This document shows, in pieces, positions 57,023 through 64,000 of a stretch of DNA of 64,000 bases. The stretch is from assembly GCF_055900595.2 (NCBI RefSeq), contig NZ_CM148325.1. The stretch is one strand, 5' to 3'. How positions within the stretch are numbered: the first letter of the stretch is position 1; every line of letters starts with the position of its first letter. The notes below the pieces were generated by a model. It searched no databases. It was not told the DNA's origin and was given only the letters and a program-made list of their open reading frames with translations. A program made the position numbers and the translations under genes.

Positions 57023-57050
57023 TCCGGCCTGAGACTGCACTCAGGCCGGA
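57023..57050. terminator. bidirectional terminator hairpin between convergent tfa and U
   Basis: 11-bp stem tccggcctgag / ctcaggccgga. Confidence 0.55.
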
Positions 57051-57057
57051 AATTCTG

Positions 57058-57504
57058 TTATCTGCCAGCATTGCGGATGATACCCGAAAGCATATCAGAC
57101 ACCGACGGCATCATTCGCTCCCGCAAATCCTCATCACAGCGTTCCATACTGACAGTGAACTCAATTTTTTTGGCCTTACCGTGGCGGTCAAGTTCGCTTC
57201 GCGTTGTGCGGACAGCCGTTATCACATACATGCCGTATATCTGCCCCACACCGTCAATCAGCGGCCATGGGCGGCCAGTGTAAGCCTGCGTCGTTAAAAG
57301 GCTGAGGGAAACCTCACCGCCGGTAATTTCGGGATAAAGCACACCGGACAACGTGATCTGGTCGTCACCCGCCCCGATATACTGCCAGCTGGCCGAACGA
57401 TTGATGCGTTCATTTTTAACGTGGCGCCAGGTTTTATTATGTTGCAGTTGTTGATGAGGCAGCGTGCGCAACTCAAAAACAAACATGCCGTAAATCATCA
57501 TCAT
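57058..57504 (-). CDS. U: tail protein U
   Basis: 148 aa; MMMIYGMFVFELRTLPHQ...ITLSGVLYPEITGG...GRPWPLIDGVGQIYGMYVI resembles P2 U. Confidence 0.85.
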   Translation of the reverse strand: MMMIYGMFVFELRTLPHQQLQHNKTWRHVKNERINRSASWQYIGAGDDQITLSGVLYPEITGGEVSLSLLTTQAYTGRPWPLIDGVGQIYGMYVITAVRTTRSELDRHGKAKKIEFTVSMERCDEDLRERMMPSVSDMLSGIIRNAGR

Positions 57505-57515
57505 GCGAGGTACTC

Positions 57516-60500
57516 CTAATCTCTGTCACGGAAACTACCGACTGTCTGGCGGATACGGCGTTCCATTTCCGCACGGACGGCATCACCCACCATTTTTGCC
57601 AGTTCGCGCGGGTTTTGCGTGTGAACATCATGCAGGTGAATATGCAGTTCGCCAGTTAATCCCCATGGTGCCGGATCACTCTGACGCGGTCGGGGCGATG
57701 CGGGGGATATGGGCTGGCGCACAGCCTCAACCACCGGACGGGATGTTGCCGTTACGACGGGTGTCATTACCGGCGCAATATTGCCGGACACTACCGGTTT
57801 AATTACCGGGGAGAGCGTCGGTATAACATCGCCAGCCATAACCGGTTTGATCGCTGGCGAAATAACCGGAGCAACAGACTCAGCCATGACGGAACTGACA
57901 GGCTGAGGCGCTCTCACTATGCCAGCATCGATAACCAGCATGAGCTCGCGTACTGCCTCAAGGACAGGACGGGATATTGCCGCCATCACTGGTGTCATTA
58001 GCGGGGAGAACGTCGGCATGACATCGTGAGTCATAACCGGTTTGATCACCGGCGAAACCACCGGCGTAATATTACCGGACAGTACCGGACGGACGACCGG
58101 AGGAATAACCGGCACATTATTCACGGACACCACCGGCTTCACGACCGGCGACACGTTCGCCGTGGTGGATATCAGCGGCGAAACACTGACAGGCGGTGGC
58201 GCTGGCAGCGGTGGCAACGAAGGCACACTGACCGACGGCACCTGCGGCAGTCTGACAGGTGGCTCACTGACACTACCCGGTAACAGGGAAGCTGCGCGGT
58301 TAAAGCGTTCCTCCTTCCACTCACCACGAACGGCCAGCGCTTCCGGCAGGTTTTTAAAGATAATATCGCCGGGACCAGTGCGTTTTTTCGCCTGTTTCGC
58401 CTCATCCAGCAGGCCACCGGTGTTATCGACGATTTTATTCAGGCGACGCATGGTGCCGGTATTCTCCCCCGTCAGCGGAGCAGTTGCTGCAGGTGCAGGT
58501 ACTGGCGGCTTTTTGTCTTTGTCATTTTGCGGCGGATTAATGACATTAACATCCGCCAGGAGCATGGCGGCTTTCTCGTTCAGCAGCTCCTTCTGCTTCA
58601 GCTCTTCCGCCTTTTTCCGGGCGCGCTCAACCGCCGACGGAATCAGCCCGAGTTTTTCCAGCACCCGGGTTAATGAGTCAATCAGCAGCGTAACCGGACC
58701 GGTCACCAGATTGCTGATAAACTCCCCGACCTTCTGCCCGAACGTCCGCCCGGCTTCCGTGCACTTGTCCAGCTCATCCTTTGTTGTGCTTACCGGCGCG
58801 AACAAATCCACGAACCACTGCCACACACGCCCGATTGTCTGCCCGACATACTCAAACAATGGTCCCAGTGGTGCCACAGCCTCGCGCAGTGGCGTAAGCC
58901 CCTGCCACAGGCCGGACAAGAACCCGCCCACGACAGCCTTCAGCTGGTCCCAGTGCCGCCAGATAAGCACTGCCGCACCGACCAGTGTCGCCACCACAAG
59001 GCCCACCGGACTTAACAGAAAACCCAGCGCCCCGCCAAGTGCGCCCACCGCACCACTCACCATCCCCCACAGTGCGGGCAGACCTGACAGTCTGAGCGCC
59101 AGTATTCCGATACCGCGCCCCAGTGAAATCAGTGCGCCGCCAGGTGAAGTGAACGCAGCCAGCAGACCACCACGCAGCGCGCCAAGTCCCGCCTGCACAC
59201 CACGAAGCCGCCCCGCAACTACGCCCAGCAGTGCAGCAAACCGTCCGGCACCGGAGGTGATACCGACAAACAGCACGCGCCAGCCACCGATACCGCCCAG
59301 CGGACCACCGAGTACGCCGCGCAGCTGCGTCAGTAACGGCAGCGCACGACCGAGGCCGGATGTGCCGGTCAGCAGGGCAAACCCAAGACGCAGTTTTGCC
59401 AGCGGCCCCATCAACACACCAGTGGCAAGTGACAGCGCCCCCATGGCCGCAACCGCAGCCAGCAGTGCACCACCGGCAATCAGCAGTTGTTTTGTCAGTT
59501 CAGGGTGCGCCTGGGCCAGCGCGGTGACTTTCGCAATAACCCGGGTGAACGACTGCGTGACAGAACGCAGCGGCCCGTCAACGAGGTCAGCGACACGGAT
59601 ACGCAGCCCTTCCCATGCGCTGTTCAGTGATTTCAGGTCGCCGTCCAGGTTGTCCGCCATGATTCTGGCGTTTTCTTCCAGTTCGCCGTTCGCTGCCTGA
59701 ATCTCACGCGTCAGGCGCGGCAGGTTTTTTTCGCCTGCCTGTTCAACCAGGCTCATCAGGGAGACATACGCCTCCTGCCCGGCAATATCTGAAAAGAACG
59801 AGACTTTTGCCGCGTTACCGTATTTACGGGTGGCCTGATACAGCTCATACAGGATATCTTCCATCGGGCGCATGTTCCCGTAAGCATCCTGCGTTTCCAC
59901 GCCCAGCTGTTTCAGCGCCTTTGCTGCCGCTTTAGGCGGGTTCACAAGGCGGGACAGACTGGAGCGCAGCGCCGTACCAGCATCACTGCCACGTATCCCC
60001 ATCGACCCAAGCAACCCGGTCATGGCTGCGGTCTGTTCAAGAGACAGACCGAGTGAGGCGGCGACCGGTCCCGTATATTTCATCGTCTCACCAAGCCCGC
60101 GCAGGTCGGTATTGGTGCGGGTGAACGTTGCGGCCAGCGTGTCACCCACGCGGTTCATCTGGTCGGCAGACAACCCGAACTGCGTAAGGATATTTGAGCT
60201 GATATCGGCCGTCTGACCGAGGTCCATGCCGCTGGCCGTTGCCAGATTCAGCACGCCGGGAAGAGCCGCCTGTATCGCCTGCGGCGTGAACCCCGCCATG
60301 GCAAGGAACGCCTGACCGCTGGCAGCATCACCTGCGGTAAACTGCGTTTCGGAGCCGAGTTTAAGCGCCTGTTCGCGCAGCGCCTTAAACTGCGGACTGT
60401 TTTTGTCAATACGGGTCAGCGCCTGGACGCGCGACATCTCCTTACCAAAACTGACCGCCGGTTGCAGGAAACGCCCGGCCGCATAGCCACCTGCCGCTGC

Positions 60501-61094
60501 CGTGCCGACTGCCGTAAATCCACCCGCTTTCAGTTTTCCCGCCATCTCCTGAGCGCGGAAATATTGCTGGCGTGCCTGCGTGACGCGTGCCAGAGTCTGC
60601 CGTTCACGTTCCAGCTGTTCGTTGTATTGCTGTGTTCGCCGTATGGCCTGTTGAATGGTGTTGTCACTGCCGGAAAGCGCAATACCGTGACGCCGCAGCT
60701 CACCACCCAGTTCGCGCATTCGCTGAACTTCACGCGCACGGACCTCATTGAGACGCTCAAGTTTGAGGCTCAAATCGTTCATCAGCTTTTTCTGTTTGTC
60801 AGACAGCACGGTTCCGGCGCGCTGAATTTGCTGAAGTGCGCTTAACTGGCGTTGTGCCCGGGCAATGCCGTTTCCGGCCTTGTTTGCAGCCTCGCGGGCG
60901 CGATCAAATGAACGGGCGTGGCGTTCCAGGTTTTTGATCGCACCCTGCGTTCTCTGTATGGAGTCGCCAAGCTGGCCCATCATGCGACGGGCGTTTTCGG
61001 TGGGACGGGTCAGCCTGTCAACAGCGCTGAAGGCGACCCGTATATCAAGCGTTTTCATGCTCTGCGTTCCCGCTGCGAAGGGCCGCCCGCTCAC
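57516..61094 (-). CDS. T: tail tape measure protein (gpT-like, 1,192 aa, with Pro/Val-rich tandem repeats near the C-terminus)
   Basis: long helical protein with a transmembrane-like glycine-rich central region; located between E and U. Confidence 0.85.
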   Translation of the reverse strand: MSGRPFAAGTQSMKTLDIRVAFSAVDRLTRPTENARRMMGQLGDSIQRTQGAIKNLERHARSFDRAREAANKAGNGIARAQRQLSALQQIQRAGTVLSDKQKKLMNDLSLKLERLNEVRAREVQRMRELGGELRRHGIALSGSDNTIQQAIRRTQQYNEQLERERQTLARVTQARQQYFRAQEMAGKLKAGGFTAVGTAAAGGYAAGRFLQPAVSFGKEMSRVQALTRIDKNSPQFKALREQALKLGSETQFTAGDAASGQAFLAMAGFTPQAIQAALPGVLNLATASGMDLGQTADISSNILTQFGLSADQMNRVGDTLAATFTRTNTDLRGLGETMKYTGPVAASLGLSLEQTAAMTGLLGSMGIRGSDAGTALRSSLSRLVNPPKAAAKALKQLGVETQDAYGNMRPMEDILYELYQATRKYGNAAKVSFFSDIAGQEAYVSLMSLVEQAGEKNLPRLTREIQAANGELEENARIMADNLDGDLKSLNSAWEGLRIRVADLVDGPLRSVTQSFTRVIAKVTALAQAHPELTKQLLIAGGALLAAVAAMGALSLATGVLMGPLAKLRLGFALLTGTSGLGRALPLLTQLRGVLGGPLGGIGGWRVLFVGITSGAGRFAALLGVVAGRLRGVQAGLGALRGGLLAAFTSPGGALISLGRGIGILALRLSGLPALWGMVSGAVGALGGALGFLLSPVGLVVATLVGAAVLIWRHWDQLKAVVGGFLSGLWQGLTPLREAVAPLGPLFEYVGQTIGRVWQWFVDLFAPVSTTKDELDKCTEAGRTFGQKVGEFISNLVTGPVTLLIDSLTRVLEKLGLIPSAVERARKKAEELKQKELLNEKAAMLLADVNVINPPQNDKDKKPPVPAPAATAPLTGENTGTMRRLNKIVDNTGGLLDEAKQAKKRTGPGDIIFKNLPEALAVRGEWKEERFNRAASLLPGSVSEPPVRLPQVPSVSVPSLPPLPAPPPVSVSPLISTTANVSPVVKPVVSVNNVPVIPPVVRPVLSGNITPVVSPVIKPVMTHDVMPTFSPLMTPVMAAISRPVLEAVRELMLVIDAGIVRAPQPVSSVMAESVAPVISPAIKPVMAGDVIPTLSPVIKPVVSGNIAPVMTPVVTATSRPVVEAVRQPISPASPRPRQSDPAPWGLTGELHIHLHDVHTQNPRELAKMVGDAVRAEMERRIRQTVGSFRDRD

Positions 61095-61571
61095 GCCAGG
61101 CGACCACCTCGCCGGGATCCATCAGGAAGATTTCAGCGGGAGACCAGTTGAAAATAACGGCGATATCCGCCACAAAGTCTTCAATATGCTCAAAGGGCAC
61201 GACGGTTATCAGCCTGCCGTCGCCGCCACGCTCTTCCCGCCAGAGTCCTGACCGGCCAAAAAATTAACCGCCACCCCGCACAGCTGAATAAAATCAGCGG
61301 ACCCCATGCGCTTAAGCAGAACCTCGTCCAGTCGCGGCGAAGTGACGCGCGGGAGTAACTCAAACATCGCGTCCGTTTTCATGTTCAGCACGTCAAGCAG
61401 TGACAGCCCGCGCAGTGAACCGGCCTGCTGTACAGCAGGCGTGATTTCCACATACGTGATTTTTTTGTTACCGAGCACAAGGGGCGTTTTCAGCGTCACG
61501 CCGCGCTCACTGGTCACGTCCGCCGCATCAGCACCGTCAGTAACAGGGGCAACAACCGGATTTTCTTTCAT
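61045..61571 (-). other. predicted E+E' product made by -1 programmed frameshift at TTTTTTG (61257-61263), extending to a TGA at 61045 and overlapping the T start
   Basis: hand translation of the -1 frame after the slippery heptamer gives ~70 more codons. Confidence 0.5.
61209..61571 (-). CDS. E: tail assembly chaperone E
   Basis: 120-aa ORF between FII and T containing a T6G slippery site near its 3' end. Confidence 0.8.
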   Translation of the reverse strand: MKENPVVAPVTDGADAADVTSERGVTLKTPLVLGNKKITYVEITPAVQQAGSLRGLSLLDVLNMKTDAMFELLPRVTSPRLDEVLLKRMGSADFIQLCGVAVNFLAGQDSGGKSVAATAG

Positions 61572-61621
61572 GAATAAAACCTCAAATCAGGGGGCGACGC
61601 CACGCGCCGCCGTGGAAAACA

Positions 61622-62140
61622 TTAACCACCAAGACCAATCGCCGAGCGCACGCGGTCCGGGAAGACGCTTTTGCCGTCCTTGCGTTCGATGTGGTTCAGT
61701 AAATCAATCTCCAGCACCGGACGGTCGTTAATGCTGAGTTTGTAGTAGGTACTTTTGACCGCATAGGTGTGAGACGTGACCTCACCCTGTTTGGCCTCCC
61801 CGGTATCAATTTCCGTCACGCGACCGCGAAGCTCAATCTCGTACAGGTCACTCTGTTCTTCATCGTTGTAGTACTCACCGACAAAGCGCAGCAGCGTACC
61901 GTCAATCGTTCCGCCGTACTTGAGGAACAGTTCGCGGGTCGGCCCGCCCATGGTGAAACTCGCATCCAGCGCGCCGTCATCCAGGCCAAGGTCGATATTT
62001 ACTGCACCGGCCATACCACCACCGCGATAGGCTTCCGTTTTACGGGTCAGTTTGGGGGCCGTGAAGCCGGTCACTCTGCCAATCTGGTTCACCCCGTCAG
62101 TAAACAGCGTGAACACCCTGAGATTTTTTGGTACGGCCAT
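61622..62140 (-). CDS. FII: tail tube protein FII
   Basis: 172 aa, position after the sheath gene. Confidence 0.9.
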   Translation of the reverse strand: MAVPKNLRVFTLFTDGVNQIGRVTGFTAPKLTRKTEAYRGGGMAGAVNIDLGLDDGALDASFTMGGPTRELFLKYGGTIDGTLLRFVGEYYNDEEQSDLYEIELRGRVTEIDTGEAKQGEVTSHTYAVKSTYYKLSINDRPVLEIDLLNHIERKDGKSVFPDRVRSAIGLGG

Positions 62141-63423
62141 TAAGCACCTCCAAGCGTCGCAAATGCAGGACCAAAGAATTCATCAGTAAACGTCTGGTAA
62201 AGTTCCATATCCTCAAGCGGCGGAACGGGCGTGTACTTGTAGCGGATACGCACGCGTCCCTGACGAAGTTCCGTGGTGCTGTTATCCACCACGTCATACC
62301 AGCACTCCGCACCAACGAGACGTCCTGACGTAACCAGCGCATCCAGTTTTGCGCGAATTGCGCTTAACACGTCTTTCACATTAGCAGGGGTCAGCGGGGC
62401 ATCAATCGTTTCAAACTGCGCTTCCGCAACAGAATCAGCCAGCACCTGAGCGGTTCGCGTGTACACCTCAAAGATATACGCCTTCGTTTCCGGCGTACGG
62501 TTGCCCCAGAAGCGGAAACCGTTACGGCGAATGATGGTGGTGATTTCCTTGTTGTTGAGATTGTTGGCATCGCTGTCTTCGGACTGAAGGGACCAGAACA
62601 CCGGGCTGGAAATACCCAGCACATTTCTTACCGGCACGTTGGACAGCGATTTATGCCAGCCCTGTTCGTGGTCAATACGTGCACGTAAACCGCAGGCGTA
62701 CGCCGCAGCCGGGAAGACCTCATTAGCGCCGGATTTCGGGTTATGGGCGATGAAGTCAGGCCAGAGCAGCATAAGTTCGCGCTCGTTAAATCTGGCGCGG
62801 TAGCTGATTGCATCAGCGGGCTTCTTGCAGTTGTGACAGCCCGCGTAGACAAATGCGCGAAGTTTTTCTGCAATTACACACAGGGATTTTGTGACAGCTT
62901 CAGTATCCAGTCCGGGCGCTGCGATGATGCGCGGACGGTAACCGATGGCATCATCCTGTTCAGCTATCAGAAGTGCATACATACCGGTATAATTACCGTC
63001 GTCATCCGTGCCACCAATGACATACTGGTCCTGCGTTTTGTGTGGGTATACAGGATGTGCATCTTCAGACTCATCAATACCAAAAAATGCCCTGTCTTCA
63101 GGATCCAGATGACCGAATGATGTAACTCCTGTATCCGGGGCGCCCTGAGAACTGGCATCAGGAACGCGCACCACAATCACCTTCGTGCTCACCTGGTCGG
63201 CGACAGCCTTAAGTGAACGGTACAGCGTGCCCTTTGTGCCGGTCTTACCCAGCACATCACTGACGCGGGTCAGCAGTATGGGTTTGTTCAGCGGGAACAG
63301 AGTTTCATCCGCGTCATCTGCCGTAGCCACAATACCAATAACACTGGAATCCACATCATTAATGGCGGTGGTAAGGCCGGTACTTTCCCTTACGCGCGCA
63401 CCATGAAAGCGTGTTTCACTCAT
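62140..63423 (-). CDS. FI: contractile tail sheath protein FI
   Basis: strong similarity to P2 FI (KLRAF, IDHEQGWHKSLSNV, RRNGFRFWGNRT, YKYTPVPPLE); likely start MSETRF at 63423. Confidence 0.9.
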   Translation of the reverse strand: MSETRFHGARVRESTGLTTAINDVDSSVIGIVATADDADETLFPLNKPILLTRVSDVLGKTGTKGTLYRSLKAVADQVSTKVIVVRVPDASSQGAPDTGVTSFGHLDPEDRAFFGIDESEDAHPVYPHKTQDQYVIGGTDDDGNYTGMYALLIAEQDDAIGYRPRIIAAPGLDTEAVTKSLCVIAEKLRAFVYAGCHNCKKPADAISYRARFNERELMLLWPDFIAHNPKSGANEVFPAAAYACGLRARIDHEQGWHKSLSNVPVRNVLGISSPVFWSLQSEDSDANNLNNKEITTIIRRNGFRFWGNRTPETKAYIFEVYTRTAQVLADSVAEAQFETIDAPLTPANVKDVLSAIRAKLDALVTSGRLVGAECWYDVVDNSTTELRQGRVRIRYKYTPVPPLEDMELYQTFTDEFFGPAFATLGGA

Positions 63424-63583
63424 ATGTTTCACCCTTGTCTGGCTGGTTGATTTTGCGTAATCATTACCCACGATGCCGCCGGTATCATCTCCTGCCCGTT
63501 CTCACCGTTCGCTTACAACAAACAGCCGTTCACCACGGTCGCACGCCGTGAAAACATGACGGGACACACCACGAGGGCAGACC

Positions 63584-64000
63584 ATGACCGACCTGTTAAT
63601 CAACGTTCCGTCACCGGATATCGAAATCACCATCAACAACAACAGACTCCGTAACGTCACGGAGCGGCTCATGACGCTGTCACTGACCGACAACCGGGGC
63701 TTTGAGGCGGACCGCGTCACCCTGACCATTGACGACGCGGACGGGCAGCTTCAGCTGGCACAGCGCGGCGCACGCCTGAACGTGATGATTGGCTGGCGCG
63801 GGGAGGCGCTGGTTAACAAGGGTGTCTACATCGTTGATGAAGTGACGTGGGAAGGCCCGCCGGACAAACTGACCATCACCGCCAGCAGCGCCGATTTTCG
63901 CGAAGAGTTCAACGTGAAGCGTGAAGTCTCCTGGCACGACGTGACGGTAAAACAGGTTGTGTCAGCCATCGCGCACCGCTACGGCCTGAAAGCACAGATA
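63584..64000 (+). CDS. D: tail protein D, N-terminal part (continues beyond window)
   Basis: MTDLLINVPSPDIEITINNNRL... resembles the P2 D N-terminus; ATG at 63584. Confidence 0.75.
   Translation, partial: MTDLLINVPSPDIEITINNNRLRNVTERLMTLSLTDNRGFEADRVTLTIDDADGQLQLAQRGARLNVMIGWRGEALVNKGVYIVDEVTWEGPPDKLTITASSADFREEFNVKREVSWHDVTVKQVVSAIAHRYGLKAQI

Larger units (their letters stand above)
31800..64000. mobile_element. P2-like prophage, left ~32 kb (attL side); right end outside window
   Basis: int and C repressor next to the junction, then gene order C-cox-(early)-A-(cargo)-Q-P-O-N-M-L-X-lysis-R-S-V-W-J-I-H-tfa ... FI-FII-E-T-U ... D with P2-like proteins throughout. Confidence 0.9.

Noticed and set aside
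58042-59700. 552-aa plus-strand ORF inside the tape measure gene
   Set aside because: Antisense to gpT; translation is Ser/Thr/Pro/Ala-rich low complexity with no start context.

Overview
This is an Escherichia coli-like chromosomal window with three accessory insertions in a conserved backbone (qmcA-ybbJ ... cueR ... ybaT-glsA). (1) 1.1-4.8 kb: an AT-rich islet between ybbJ and cueR encoding a short YadA-anchor trimeric autotransporter, a lipoprotein, a small membrane protein and a 407-aa unknown protein. (2) 5.2-29.0 kb: a minus-strand type I secretion locus (TolC-like OMP, a 6,325-aa Ig-repeat giant adhesin of the LapA/BapA/SiiE type, a C39-like ABC transporter, an HlyD-family MFP) whose last gene overlaps the cueR start codon. 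(3) About 31.8 kb to the window end: the left ~32 kb of a P2-like prophage whose left junction sits inside the copA promoter/CueR operator. The prophage has int, C, cox-like and early genes, replication gene A, a cargo region between A and portal Q, the capsid, lysis and baseplate/fibre modules, and a sheath-tube-E/E'-tape measure-U block on the opposite strand from the P2 arrangement, followed by partial D. glsA carries a single in-frame TAA. The best candidates for something undescribed are the A-Q cargo region (a RelE/ParE-Xre pair split by a terminator-like hairpin, a standalone winged-helix gene, three unknown ORFs, a 580-bp palindrome-rich control region), an antisense 2-TM gene in the early region, and the ybbJ-cueR islet. 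All calls rest on reading the translations and DNA by eye; no database search was run.
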